Source of the DNA: Laetmonice hystrix
Taxonomy: Eukaryota
Direction: 5' to 3'
NCBI GenBank assembly: GCA_965235115.1
Contig: OZ249436.1
Span: 33,482,001-33,546,000, forward strand
Length of the DNA stretch: 64,000 nucleotides
Of the stretch, positions 48,901 to 62,910 are shown piece by piece. The position numbers and the translations under genes are program-made. The notes beneath the pieces were generated by a model. It was given only the letters and a program-made list of their open reading frames with translations. It was not told the origin of the DNA and did not search any database. How positions within the stretch are numbered: position 1 is the stretch's first letter; every line of letters starts with the position of its first letter.

Positions 48901-51900
48901 TTTCATAAATGGAAAGGAAAAAAACAAGTTTATGGACTAAATTAGAGAGGGAGATTTTGAAACAGGTGTGTGATGTTGAAAACGGTAAAGACTGTAAACA
49001 GCCTGAGTTCATACGCTATTTCATTCTCCCGTTCACTGTTAATGACAGGTTTTTTTCTCGCCACAAATTTTCCATTAATTTTCTTGCACCGTGGTGCCGA
49101 TGTTTGCATTTCCCAGGTGCCCAAGAGCAAGCAATGAATTAGTTCTCTTTTTGAATCTAAGGTAGGACTGCTAATAATCTTAAGGTGCACCGCCTACGAT
49201 CTTGTCAAGAGGTGTTAACATGGACAAATGTATTTTAGGCCAAAATATTATCTGTGTTTTCCGTGTATTATATGGAACACTATATTTGCAGTACCAATAA
49301 AAAAGGCATTATTTTATTTAATTTTGGGTACATGTCCTTGTGAAATGTTCACGCAGAATCGGATATTTTCCATTGAATAGAAAAAGACGATCGCCATCTA
49401 CCTGAAAACCATTCTATTTTTTACCTTATTAAGGGCTTAAGATGAATATCTGTGATTATGTTGTCCCAACAGCCAGGTGGTCATATAAGAGATAGAGGTA
49501 GTTTCTGATACGTTCTGCACATTATCGTGCCATTAAGTGATGATAAAAAGATATGTAGCAAAGAGCTGTAATGAAAACGATTTCAGGTCATTTAGTTTGG
49601 TAGAAAGTAATATTTTATCCAGGACTTGATTACAGGGTAATACCAGTACCTTTGGTTGATTGGATGGGTTGAATTGACTTTCCGTCTTGTATAGCTTAAA
49701 AAAATTCTAGTTCGCTTTCACCCTTAATATCGCATTAACATTGTTTATGGTCTAGAAGTCGCAAGCCAAACAAAGTCTGTCGTCATCCATGTAATTCTTA
49801 CTGTTTTTACTAAGAAGGCAGAAAGTCAAAATTATCGAAAAGGTTTACCAGCGCAATTCATATAAAACCATTTTTATCTTCTTTTTGTTAGCTCATTGGC
49901 AGAGACTATCACTGCCGCTCACTTTCAAAACATCAGTCCCGCCACAATGCCAATATGAAGTACCGTTATTTCAACAATTATTGGTTGTGTAGTACCAAGG
50001 ATAACCAATTAAAAAAAATATCCAAGCAAGTTTAATAACTGTTGTCCTTTGTTGAAAAGCCACCTGTCGTGCAAGGGTCAGGTTTTTCAGCATTGCTCGA
50101 GAGCCCTGGCTGAGATGACGATCATGAAGTAAATGGGTAACAGGTGTGAATTGTTGGTGTGGTTTATAATGAGGACTCTGGTTGCAGACGTTGGCCCTGG
50201 TAGAGGTTGGTCGATTGGAGGCTGCACTGGCCGAACTCCGAGAGGTACTACATCAGGATGAACCAGAGTCCAGGACTAATGATGTCTTCACAGATGTGGT
50301 CAGTATGCTGGACTAGTCGCAAGAAAAGTACAGTGTTGTAATAATGAGTGCAAAGAAGGAAAGCAATTTGGATGTAAAATTTCATGTGTTTATGACGGCA
50401 AAAACCTTCAAATTTTGTCTATAACAGGAAATACGATATTTGGAATGTAAGGTCCATTCTCAGGGAAATACTAGTAAATAAATTATAAAATTCTGCCAGA
50501 CCACGCAATATAAATTATTAAAGTATAATTGGGACTTCAGCAAATGACTGCTTTAAACTCTAAATTTATTAGCTTCATTAGATCATTAGATCAGTATATA
50601 AGGCAATTTCCCATAATAATCTACTCACTAGGTTATTAATTTAATTAGATCCTTAAGGTCATAAAATTAAAAAAAGGCGTTAAAAAGTGGTGGTTTGCAA
50701 AAGTCTTTCAACATCTTTAAATTAATATTGGAGTTATACGAAATTGGGGAACACCCCTGAACGTTGTAATATTCTGTATTAATAATTAGATCCTTTTGGT
50801 TCCGGTGGAGGAGTGCAAAGTATTGTATGATTCGTTCTCATCAAATTTAAACTAATTTAAGAAGCACATGTAAAAAATAGCAAGTTTGGGTAAATGACAC
50901 TTGATTCTGAAATCCAACAGTTGGCTACCAAAATGTGATTAACCGAGCACTAACGACATTGATGATTAGTGTCATGTGAGGCCATGAGCGAGGCAGACAG
51001 AACCGTACGTGTGCTGAAGTCTGTTGAAAGCCGGGCTGTCTGTGACTCGTCGGGCTCAGGTGAAATTGATGCACGGCTGGGATTTAACAAATGACTCGTG
51101 CATTGATGCTATCAAATACCAGTCCTGACAGAAGGATATAGACGTTTTGAATCCGACTGAGTATGACAGGCTAATTCGTAGCAAATGGAAGATACCTGGT
51201 GTAACTGGATTGGAGACGGTCTGTGAAGAGCAGGTGCATTTTTTTCTCCCTCTCACTAGAACGAAGTGCAGCGCTGTGATAATGGTACGATTAGATGTAT
51301 TCTGTCGCACGCAACTCGCTAATTGAAGCGTCCCCGTCCTGATCATCGGATAGAAGTGCCTTATATTATTTGAGGAGTCTAAGCGAGAAATCGTTGTTAG
51401 CGTCAATCAGATGCTGGTGTTGGGAGCAATTTGTATGGCTAATTGGTACTCGGAACTAGGGACGTTTCTTTGGGCAGTCTTTTTAGGAAAACTTTAAAGA
51501 CAGCTGGTCAGCTACTAAAAACTAATGTTTTTAAGGTAGCGCTTTTAGACGGTATGGCTGGCTTGATGTCTGGGCTACGTGTCCAGTAGTATGGCTACAG
51601 ATACCGATAAAGTCGCAATGAGTAGTTTTGAACGTCTGCCTGGTCGACACGTGGATGTAGATGCGGGAAATAGAGAACTATAGAAACACAGACGTTCAGA
51701 AGAATTAACCGCGATTTCTTACTCCAAAATATAATGGAAATCTAGCTTGAAGGCCGATTCATTTCCCAGTCGCCGACTATGAACCAGACTTTACCTATTG
51801 TAAAGCTAGCATTATGTTTCGACTCGACGGCAAACCTATTAGTCTAAAGCATGTTTTTAAGAAGTCTCACTGCGGGTAGGCTTACGAGTAAACCTATCAT

Positions 51901-52798
51901 TGCTATCCGATTTTGAAGCCTGACAAAATGTAAAGGATATGATGTACTGATTTATCTAACGGAAATTTTCAATTTATTTCCCATCTTGAATGTAGGAAAG
52001 CACAAAGTTTTCACTTCGCTTCCAACGAAATTGCATTTTGCACCAGCAGTCGGCAGTCTTCAAGTAATACTAGATTAATCTCCAAAACCGATTACTGAAT
52101 ACGTAATGTGGCTACTGGATATAAATTAGTTTTCTTCTGGAACCGACAATGTCGCAGGTTATTCATGCATACAGTGGCTGGCCTGTAACGGACAGGAGGC
52201 AGTGAGAGATAGGCTTGGCTAGTCATCTTCTTGGCTCCACAAAGTAGTGCTGTCAGGGATTACTGTAGATAAACTGCAGGAATTCAAAATTATGTGGTGC
52301 GGTAGATGAGAACTTTCTCTGCCACAAGTATTGAAATGCGAATGTGCTCAGTTTAACACATTTTTGAAATATAATACATGTAGATTTTGAGTGTTTGACG
52401 GAGGCAGAACTGTTGATTCCTTTAGGCGAGATTCCTTCTCTTTTATTTGAATCTGGAACAAGGGATTTATTTAGAAGTTGTTATGGTCAGGATCGTTGTT
52501 GGTTATTCTTGTACTGCTACCGTTATAGGTCTCCAAACTGAAGACGGCCATTGAGAGTAACACAGACAAAGAGATGTCTCACAAAATGGCCGACTTGGAA
52601 CGCGCGCTGACCGACGGGAACCACCTGAACAGTCAGGATTTCGAGGAGTACCTCTTCACGCCAATCGGTAAACGACGCAAATTACAAGACGGTTACAAAT
52701 CGAGGAGACGGTCGGGGGCGATGGGTTACAGCCGCGAAGGCGGCAGGCAGTCGTTCCGAAAAGGGCTGTCGTATTCGGAAGAGAAGGTGTACGTTTGA
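39996..52798 (+). CDS. PTCD2: Pentatricopeptide repeat-containing protein 2, mitochondrial, 398 aa, 9 exons
   Basis: Exons 39996-40086, 44450-44542, 44757-44892, 45332-45449, 45967-46149, 46447-46560, 47827-47907, 50188-50298, 52529-52798 (1197 nt, in frame, TGA). Exon 1 (MALRHVLRLTFNTSIRRAPLEFLRKEFHTS) is an Arg-rich, acid-poor mitochondrial presequence. Motifs FVFGPLVMRMC, GFFDQMSTFLVLMDLLFENGQY and AALLALKQN align with PTCD2 as I recall it. Confidence 0.88.
40118..40462. mobile_element. MITE with about 43-bp TIRs in PTCD2 intron 1
   Basis: ccggtgtcgcggtctcagatctccgttggtctcagaactccggg (40120-40163) vs its reverse complement at 40418-40460, with one indel. Confidence 0.8.
40999..41231. mobile_element. 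Short IR-bounded element
   Basis: Perfect 14-bp IR attctcgtttccga / tcggaaacgagaat. Confidence 0.65.
41462..41492 (+). repeat. Short interstitial (TTAGGG)-like tract
   Basis: gggttagggttaaggttagggttagggttag, about 5 units; a similar degenerate tract lies near 40718-40740. Confidence 0.7.
41604..42018. mobile_element. MITE with about 43-bp imperfect TIRs built on CATGTCC repeats
   Basis: 41604-41647 (acatgtacgcccatcgccatgtccacctggtcatgtccgccccc) vs the reverse complement of 41976-42018. Confidence 0.7.
42491..43166. mobile_element. Element with long (about 110 bp) inverted arms
   Basis: 42491-42600 and 43059-43166 are near-identical reverse complements; both appear in the ORF track as PPASPPFRQGRRCEKSVP..APRSAV. 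Confidence 0.8.
46206..46388 (+). mobile_element. Truncated copy of the 13588-13887 MITE
   Basis: cagggatgtgcccagaaa...ggcggtagttttg...taataaaa.t..ctgctgggcgg..ttgaac shared with 13588-13850. Confidence 0.75.
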
Positions 52799-55700
52799 GC
52801 CGTGTTGATTTGGTGTTGTTAGAAGTGGCTGGATGTGATTGGTTATATCTAGGGTTTTTGACAGTAGAGTCGATCTCAGCGATGGGGTAGTGGAGCTACA
52901 GGAACTGTCAAGTGTGGAGTTAAGAATATAACGTGTAATACGAAAACAACACTGGAAACAGAACGGACTTTTAGTGCAGCCTGACGCTTCAGGCTTAGGA
53001 CACTTTAGAGGTTTGTTATTGGATTCTGCAATCTTTTGCATTCGTGTAATTAATGACTTGTAATTTGTGAATAATAAAAAGGAAGAATACGATAAGTTGT
53101 CACTATAAATTGAAGGATGGCTGCTGATGTTGCTTCCTTTCATACATCTCACTCGTCTTCAGTAGATGCTTCAAGATGTTCTTATCTGCCTCTAACGGCA
53201 AGGCCATATAGTTTACTGTTGTTGTTGGTCTCATTAATATGAAGAATATTAAGTGTCCACCTTGCAAGCTGTCAGATTTATGGAACGTGTCCGTTTTAAT
53301 ATGTGGATTGATGAGGTAAAACCCTCATGTGGATGACATTTATATGGGGGGGGGGGTTTGTGGTTGTGATAGATATTTCTGATCTTGACGCGGAGGATAT
53401 TCCCATTTTCCGCTGGCAAATGGATGCTTTCGTAGTACTTTATGATGACGAGATACAATATACCCGTAGGAACTTTTTTTTTATCTCGCTGGTGATGCAA
53501 TGTATGATTCAGAATGTAGCTGAAAAAGTTTGAATCTCATGCCGTTGCTGCTTAAAAGTCGAAATGGCATGTCTTATGGGATGACACTTATATTGCCCTT
53601 TGAACATTGTCTTTCTTAGTTTTTTTTTCTTCTTGATTTTTTTTCATTCCTCCAGCCTCATGGTCTAGAGAAGGACGGCTTATGGAAGCATATAGTTTTT
53701 TTTACCGTCGAGAATGAATTAGAATGTGTCGTGAAAAAGTTCACTTTATCCTGGGTCACGCAAGTGCCCAAGTTATGATGTATGAAGGAGTCATCTTCCC
53801 AAGATAAATGGCACTGTCTTCTTGAAAATCTTCAGTCGATGGTGCCCTGCTGACTGAACCCGGCCTCGACCCACTACCCTCAATGTCGCCATTAGTAGTC
53901 GGCTCGCTCCTCCCAACCATATTATAGATGGCGGGCGAATCCCTCTCTACCTGTGTCGTGTGGCAGGCCGGAAGGCCGGCGGGGAGGCGGACAGGCAGGC
54001 AACGGGCTTCATGTAAACCCATTTTATTAAATGGTTTCGAGGGCGCCGTGTCCCGGGAGCATATCAGTGAGATCTGCCAGGGTGAGAGCATTCATCCACT
54101 CCAGAACTATATATAGTGTTCGGTCATTCGCCCTGCTCCGCTGTGGAAACCTTTGACCCCTTGGACTTTACGTTGGGAATGCACCGCCGGCGGCGATCCC
54201 GCAATATTTGCGCCAATTAAGTATCGGGTTTGCCCCCCCCCCACCCCTCGCCGGTCTGTCCGGCCAACGGGTTCCACCCGGACCAGAGGCTGGACAATCG
54301 ACCCCAGAATCGCGCTTACTCTCATGGCCTGACGCGTATATATCCAGCAAGGGATTTGGTCTTTTCTGACAGGACGCTTTTAGATAAGCGATAAGAGCAC
54401 TGGGTATTATGGCGCAGAGACAAGGGATTGCGTAGCTTGGTGGAGCCAGAGGTGGCGGGGATTGAGCTAACCCATTCAAATCTCCAATCAGTCATCCCTG
54501 TTCTCTTTCAGCTCACAATACTCCCCGTGAAAGGTTAGAGACCTGATCCACTGCACCGTAGGTTGTTTCTATTCATAGGTCGGACCCCCCGCAATCTTAA
54601 AAGCAAGTCTGCAGTACTCACCAGAATCCCGGTGTTGTGGGAAACATAAGAAAGGTGCGCGTCTTAATTCTTGCATAGATGTGATAGGTTCATTACCTGA
54701 AGCAAGGCATTGCAAATCTTAGAAAATAGGAAACCCATTGAAAGACCTTGAATTATCTTTTGGCCTTATTTTATTATTTAGGTTTATAGAGTCTTCCTGC
54801 GTAAAAAGAAATGTATTTAAGAGTTCGGTAGGCCTATTTCCATCCGATTAGTTTCCTGTGTCCGCAGGGCCTGTAAGGACGCTAGTATTAAGACATTTAA
54901 TTACCTGCTGTCGTGCGTGTGAAAGAGTCTCTGCCAAAGTTCAGAAAGACCACCTAATCAAGCCTTGTGGTTCTTTAACCTCCAGGATGTTGACAAATTA
55001 TAGCCGTGTTCTAGGTCTCATTTCCGCATACTACTTAGGCCTACACCCAGAGGTGACGTCAGTGCTGTAAATTGTATAGACGGATGGCCTGATCGGGGCC
55101 CCACCCCCGCAGACCAGTCGGCGTCAATTTTCAGTCGGCGACTGGACTTTGACAAGGCGGATGACAAAGGAACCAGATTCAAAAATATAATGGGGGTTGG
55201 AAAGTGTGGCGCTGCACATCGCCAGGAAAGCCAAGAGGCAGTTTCCATGGTACCGGCGACATCTTTTTAACTTGATTAAATGATACATTAATAACAAAGG
55301 TTGTGTTCTCTGACGTATTGATGTATGATTAAATTAGTATGGCGATGTGCAGGCCTGTCGTTTGTCCAGTAACCGCGACGTCATTAAACCGACGCGAATG
55401 GCGACCACACAGGTTACAAATAATTTAAAGGCCCAGTGTTACGTTGAACGCCGTGTTGGCCCGCGCTGCTGTTTACATGCGCACAGGACATAGTTCCCCA
55501 CATCAATTCCCCGAAAATGAATTGTAGGCGCAGCTACAAGTAGGCCGCATAGTAAATAATATTACATGCATTATTTGAAACAGCTAAATCATATTTTTAT
55601 TGTAATATCAATAGGTTCTTATATGTGAGCAGAGTAGGTTATGAAACCGACTTGGGCCGGATATCCAGGGGGCGCCACCCTCTTCGACACGTATACACTG

Positions 55701-57195
55701 GTCCTTTAAGAGGAAGCTGCCAAGCCAGTTTCTGTCTAGGGCCCATCTCTATGCACCCTGACCCCCAAAGGCAACAATAATTTGCTGTGCGGTCCGGATG
55801 TTGTGACCTCAGGAAGTCCTGTGGTATTATTCGTACAAGGACGTGTCCCGTGGCCAGCCTAGTGTTTGTGACTGAATTCGGCCGAGGGAGATTAGGGCAA
55901 ATTCCGGATGAGTAACTATAATTTCAAATATTCTGCCCCATTTTGGAACCTTGTAAGTTTGGTCAAGGTTTCTGTCGAGCTTAGGGTTATTTCATTTGAA
56001 TTGTTTCGATTTAAGTCAATGCTTGCGTGTAAATGCCATTGGATTCCATCTAGCCTATGAAGGGAGGCGGCCTTCAATTCTTTTAAGATATAGACAAAGG
56101 ATTAAATCAGTCAGAACCGAGTAGGTTATCTTGAGATGTATCTTTTCCATCGATACAACGATATCGACGATTTTTTTTAAACATTGACGCAAACAGGGCC
56201 TTTCAATTCAAGCTATAGATATATAAACGGAAATACAAAATATAAAAATACGCACACATTAGACTCCAATCTAAGGACCGTAGCCACATTAGAGCTAATT
56301 TGGTCTGTCAAGTCCGAAAATTGAGAATTCATATTTATAAACATGATAGTCGATAACCGAGAAGAACCACTGCTGCCCAAAGCAGTGCAAGGCGCGGTGC
56401 ATGGTTGACGGTCGGACGGATAATCTGATCGGGATCCTATCTTCCCCACACTGCCCCGGCGGTCCGGGTCCCTCACCTGATTCAGCCCTCATCTGCGCTG
56501 CCCCCCGAGGCTATCGTTATCAACCCTGGCCGACACTTTGATCCTAAGTTTGGTGTCGGGTTAAGGCGCATGGAAGTGGTAGCCGAAACATGATTGTAGC
56601 ACCAATTTGGCGTGAACCGGACATGCTGGGAGCACCAAATGGACGCCTGGAACCTAATATATTTCAAAGGCGTTGAGCCAGGACGGGAAACCTAGAGCAT
56701 TATGTAAAATTATGGATTGGTTTGGTCAAAAAAATCCTTTTTTCTTGCCAATAAAATGTTGCAGATAAACCCAATGGTGGTAGCCTAGTTGTTGCTGGTA
56801 TATGAACTAGAATTTTAGAAAAGTACGGCATGGAAAATGGACTGAAAAAGGGGCACAAAAGGTGAAAAGTGCAGACAACAACAAATTAAGACCCTCCCGA
56901 TGCACCCACGAGTTTTTTTTAAAAAGGGCAGAAGTTTTGACGGATGTCACATTTTTCCTGCTGCAGTTTTGCTGTAGGATAAATGTCAAAATACATGAAG
57001 TTCCCAAGATGCATGGTACACATCTCGTATAGACTCTAGCCGAGACTGTGTTATATCCCTGCAGTAGGCCTACATGTATACATTGGAAATGTTTCCGAGT
57101 GAGGCACTATAGCATGGACAGATCAATCACTCCTTAAAAACTTTCCGCCAGTTTTCAGCGGCAATACACGCTATACTTGGCATGCAATCCTTGTT

Positions 57196-57268
57196 AATAT
57201 GCTGGTGGTTCTTTGAAAAGGGGAAACTTCAAATATGCTGGTGGTTCTTTGAAAAGGGGAAACTTCAA
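57196..57268. repeat. Exact 36-bp tandem duplication
   Basis: aatatgctggtggttctttgaaaaggggaaacttca occurs twice in tandem. Confidence 0.9.
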
Positions 57269-58923
57269 TTTCACCTTGTAGAGAATTTAAAGCCTCCTAT
57301 TGTTAAAAAGATCATGCTTTCCGAAACTCTCACAAAAACTACCTCTAGTTGCTGATTCCTGAAGGAACATTGATAAAAGGTCCACTTGAGCATGACATCC
57401 GTCATGTGGACTACCATCTGATGTGACGTTGATGGCCATGCACTTTGGTCTGCTACAGTTCGATCGGCCGATTTGGTCATGATAGCTTCATACACTACAC
57501 TCCCGGAGAGCTTCACAGAGACTGGCACGACAGGAAAATTCGTTCCAGCTCCATGCGTACGGACACTACTCGTCGTGTTGGACGTTGCCGCGACGGGTAA
57601 TTTTGAAAGAAGACACGTCGCGACGGCCTCTCCGAAGTGTCTTTTCCTGTCGCGGTACACTCCTGGGATTTACGATGATAAACGATCCAGATTGCCTTCC
57701 GCACCTGTCATTGTATAGAGTAGCAGTCTAAGCGTTGTGATCAATGGTATTTTCATATGCGTGGCTTAGTAATAACCGCGAGGCTGTAGTATAGAGGGCT
57801 TAAAACAAAGCGTCGCCGAATTGCTGACTGCTGAATCACTCGCTCTTATCGCGATCGAACTGAAGAAACGTATTCATGAAAGTGCAGAGCAATTTAGTTC
57901 TGTATATAATTCCTGTCTGCAAATGTAACTCTATGAGTGAGCCATTAAATGCAACTCTGCTTTTCAACACATGGTCGAAATGTTTTAATGGAATTTCAGA
58001 TTAGGCCTAATTGGACGAACTATCGTTTGATTAGCAAGGTATGAACTTGGGTTATAAATTTGACACACTAAAGGTAAAGGCGGAGCTCCGTGAGCACTTG
58101 TCTAACATACCTTATTTAAGTGAAGGTAAACTGGGGGTCTGAAATCGGCATTCTTAGAGCATAATATTATTGATATGGTGCCATTAATCACTTCATTTTA
58201 GGTATATTTCCTGGCGAAGTTGCCAGAAAAATATAGGTATACTGTAATATATTGGCTAGATGCATGGTCATATGAGAGGTATAGAAGTACATGTATTTTT
58301 AAATGCATTCTGCACAATACAGAAGGACTTTATGAGAAGCTTCAGTGTGGACAAAAAGAATAAAAATATCAGGTTGGAATCCAACAATACTCCTAAATAT
58401 TATGTCCTAACCTATTCAATCTGGTCTGTACATGAGTACAGGGGTGTATGTTTTGTGTGAACCTTTCAAGCAGGAAAAAAGAAAAATTACTTCGTAACGG
58501 GGGGGGGGGGTGCAACCCCAGTAACCCCCCTTAAATCCGCCACAGGTTACAACTTTTGGGGCCGCTAAGAATGTATCTTTAAGTATCTTACTTGAAATAT
58601 CATCCAATGCAGAGGATTAATCTATATTCTGACATAACTCAATCACACCCATTAAACTTGAACCTTATAATCCCATTGGACGTAGAGGAATCATAATCTT
58701 CACACAGACTATTTTAACAAAACTTAACAATCCGCTCTCGCCGTAATGCTGAAGACAGGGCATGGCATCAGAGTAACTTATTCATTCTGAAAGACTATAG
58801 CAATCTCTAGGAAAATCGGATGCCAATACATATCTTCTCGTCATCATAAATACACCGATTATCTAAACATGTACCCACCCCTACCTAAAGTACACACGCC
58901 TACATTAGTACACACATGCATTG

Positions 58924-59258
58924 CAGTGGGGGATCCAGGATTTTGATAAGGGGGGCCCACCTAAAAATCTTTTTAGCCTCGCTAAGCTCTGCATGATTTT
59001 ATTGTAATCATGGCCATTTTGGGCCCCTTTTGGTCTATTTCAATGCTGCATGACCCAGAGTTATGTTGCTCCTGGATGACTTAGGAGGCCCTATTGGGCC
59101 CGATGTTACTTTCACGTACAATATAGGAGGCTTTTTTAAGTAATTTTGTTGGAATACTGGTTTCAGGGTCCGAATAATGCATCTTCTTACAAAAAAGCAG
59201 GGAAAAGGAAAATTTAAGGGGGGCCCGGGCCCATTGGCCCCCCCTGGATCCCCCAGTG
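58924..59258. mobile_element. CAGTGG..GATCCAGG-type MITE
   Basis: TIR cagtgggggatccagg / cctggatcccccagtg (15/16); a similar left end occurs at about 39145. Confidence 0.75.
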
Positions 59259-60317
59259 CATCATCCTTTCGTTAGAGAGATACCAAGCGCGACTGTACTC
59301 GCGTGACGGAGTGGCATACATTCCGTGAACGTTTCTCAACGAGCCACGACAGGCCACCGAACAGGAACCTCCAGGCGCACAGACATTGCGTGCCACTCGC
59401 ACAGAAAGATACCTTCAAGAAAAACAGGTACGTATACAATGTTCCCATTAACTTATAACATTAACTATATAGGCCAACAGGCAGAATGAAATATTAACCT
59501 TACAAACATTGTTCATTGTCAGTAAATAATTTACCCTCACGGGATGACAGATGGCCTATACAATTATGTCGTGCATGACTTTTTACGACCGGGATGTAGA
59601 CTAATAGACGCAATGGGGTCAATATGTCATGTAGTCTGGATGCATTGTAGATGATGCTCAGCCTGGACGTCCGATTGACCACCTATACTCTAGTGTGAGG
59701 CCAGGGACACAGGGAGAGGTGCGTTTCTCATCATGTTTCTCATCATGTCGTTAGCTTGTCGTATCGTTAACTCCAATGCATTTTCAATGGGGATTTTAAC
59801 GCACGACAGGTTAACGATAGATGAGAAACACCCCCCCCCCCCCCACCCGGGTGCAATTACAAACCGCTTTAGCCCGGCATTGCGCTTTTGGACAATGATT
59901 TTTGTTTTTAACACCACGGAATTAATATCCAAGCTATTGAATTGTAACATTAACAACTAAGAGACAACATCATGAAGTGATATTAAGAAAAATTTCATTG
60001 AATTAGGCTACAATCATTAGTCTTTGAAATATTGAAGTTCGAAGGTCGGGGCGTTTTTTTATCCACCCGATGTGTAGCCTAGTGAATGCTAATCTAATAC
60101 TGATTTGGTCTGGTGAAATAATCCAATACTGATTTGGCCTGGATAAGACATAAGTCGTTGTGTCTTTGAAAGGAAACACTTTCCTGCCATCATTACAGCA
60201 ATCTGGAAAAGTTCACTGCATGACACCCAAGCGTGTAGGCCTATAGGACAAGCACAACAGATCGTATAGCCTTGATATTAAAGCGCAATAAATTAATAAT
60301 GATGTAGGCTGAATTAA

Positions 60318-60842
60318 AGGGGCATGCTATGGAACACATTTTGGAGGATTTCCGGCAATTATCCAACATGATCGTGTACTAGGGATCCAAGTAAATAATC
60401 CTACCACAGCATTTTGCCCTCCGACGTGTTTTCGCTGCGTATGCAGCACAAGTAGGTTCTATACGACCAAACGCATAGATTTCTCCCGATAGCACATCTC
60501 CCGCCATAATTTGGTAGACAACCTCCCATCAACCCATGTAATCGCGTACTGCGTCACATCCTGCGTGTGCACTCACTGCATGTGCTTAGTCACGTCCTTC
60601 GCTTAGTTCTAAACAATTCAGCAGTTGCACTCGATCGCCGCATCAGAATGCCCCCCAAAAATATTTGACGAAATCGGCAGATAAGCGAGCAAGGGAGCTT
60701 CATAATCTTCGATTTCTCACGCAAAATGAAACTGATAAGTCTGTCTTTGTTTACCAAACAATTTTAATGAAGGATCTCTTTATGAAAACAGCAAAAGTTC
60801 TTTGAAGTACCGATTTTTCACGTTTCCTCATAATATGCCCCT
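60318..60842. mobile_element. Non-autonomous Kolobok-like element (TTAA TSD)
   Basis: TTAA 60314-60317 | aggggcatgctatg ... cataatatgcccct | TTAA 60843-60846. AG termini with a TTAA TSD fit Kolobok rather than piggyBac (CCY termini). Confidence 0.8.
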
Positions 60843-62815
60843 TTAAGGGAATTGGGATTTCCACGAGTCCTACGTTGGAAAAGCTTTATCCCCGTTGTGA
60901 GATAAAAAGTGTCAGTTTTAGGTCAGAGTAGGGCCTACTTTTCGTTTCCATGTCGTTTTCGCGATTCTTTTTGTCAATGGACATGAGGGGCTTTTGTTCA
61001 AAAGGAAGACCCCGTGAAAGGTCGGACATCGGACTCAGCTGTATACAATATGGCGTTGTCGGAAAATCCATGGTCTCGACTGTGACCCCTTTAGAATTGG
61101 GGCTCAATAACCAGATATCCATCACTCTGTAACATTCCTTGAGCCTCAGTCTGTCCCCGTGGACAGTATGATTGAACCGAGAGAACAAGGCACCACGCGA
61201 CCTCAGCGGTCCGTCCCGAGTGGCGAAGCTCTCGCTCATCTGCGAAGTTTCACGCTCGTGTGAGAAGTTGCCATTAGCGTAACTAATGCCGACTGTTTGC
61301 GCGATCCATCATTGCCGCAGCGGAACACGCTTCACGCCACGCTGCATTCGGCCCGATAATCTACGTGTCGATTAGGACATCGATCCGCTAGATAAGCTGC
61401 TGATAAGCACTGGATACAGCCCCCCCCCCCTCAGCAAGGGGGGAATGGACTTCTTTTACTGCTTGGTAATCGCGTAGGCCTAAAGTAAATGAAGCATGAT
61501 GATCGTGATGTGGCTATTGAGTAGATTGAAACCGTCAGGAAATTATCGATAATTAATGCTGTCGGTTCTAGATCTGTAGGACACAGACGATCATTAAAAT
61601 AGAATTAATCGAACACATTAAGAAGTTACTTTTGAATAGATTTTTGACTGGGGTGGAGGGGGGGGGGGCTGTTTGCCTGACGCCATGTCGACATCCGTTA
61701 GCCATCTTTAGCAGGGCGAGAGCAACTTTCCGTTCATTCAGTCCGGTGATCATGGTGAAGGGCCTACAGGAAGAAACTCGCACATCGGGACAAACCCCTA
61801 CCCATTTCAATAAGTGGCCAGGGTTCTTTGGACGGGGCGAACCAATAAGGAGGTGGGTGTCCAACCATGCATAAAATAAAAAACGAGCTCCTTTTTTCCA
61901 TGGTTTAGCCTAACTCCACTCGGCATCCCCCCATCCCCACCCCAACAATAGTTTTTGATGACCGAAAACGAAAATCCATTGATATAACAATTTCGATTAT
62001 TAACAGACTCTCTTATCATTGAATATAATTGATTGAGTGAGAGATAATTATGTATCCTCCAATATGGTCATTTCACAGAATTTTCGAATTGTATACTTTA
62101 GAATGGAATATTTATTGTATAGAACAGTCGTATCGGAGAAAATCATAATACGAACAGAAGAAACCCTTTCATGATTTAAAAGGCGGCATCGGCAGTCTAT
62201 CCATTTTCGCTCACATTGTAGAAGTGATACATTTACCCACACGAAGATTAGGATTTATGGAGATTCCTATATACCCGATGTGGAAATCTTGATAGCGAGA
62301 TTAAATTGCGTTTTATATCTTCATCTGCTGTTCTTCCCTGTATAAGCATCCTACACTATACCACCGAATAAGATCTAGAATTCTCTCTTCCTCCCCGTAT
62401 CTCTCCATATTAATTGGGCTGATTTCAAACGGATAAATCAAACAGATTCCCTCCGTCTCTGTTTGCCAGCCCCTCCTCCAGCACGTTCCGGCCTGTCCCA
62501 CCGTACTACCTCACCGAGTCTTACCCGCCGAGGCGTAGCTTTCAACGACACGCAATGGTCTCGTTGACAGAGCAGTTATGTCCGCTCACACCTTCTTCAC
62601 ACATCCTCCATTTTCTGAACGGATCCCAAGACGTTCACAATTCTGAGGAGGCAATCCAAACAAGCACAAGGGAGCCGTTTGACCGTTGGATGCAGAGACG
62701 GCAGTATATAAGCCTTTTGCCACTGAGGTAAAAGAGTCATCTTAAAAAAACGTTAAAAAACATTTTACTTCCTGTTCCGGCTAGATACGTCCTAACAGCT
62801 AGTTATATCTGATAG

Positions 62816-62910
62816 ATCAGTTAGATGTGTCCGGTACCGGATACATCTAGCTGATATTTGCGGACATATCAATTTCTCCTGATATGTTTGCGGACATATC
62901 TCCTATCCGA
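62816..62910. repeat. Adjacent palindromes and repeats
   Basis: atcagttagatgtgtccggtaccggatacatctagctgat is a near-perfect palindrome; tttgcggacatatc is repeated twice immediately after. Confidence 0.6.

Noticed and set aside
53756..54091. 111-aa minus-strand ORF (and the 117-aa ORF at 60886-61239)
   Set aside because: No recognisable homology or exon structure; such lengths are expected by chance in GC-richer DNA.
57271..57704. Minus-strand exon or 129-aa ORF
   Set aside because: No recognisable domain, weak splice signals (57704 and 57343) and no partner exons found.
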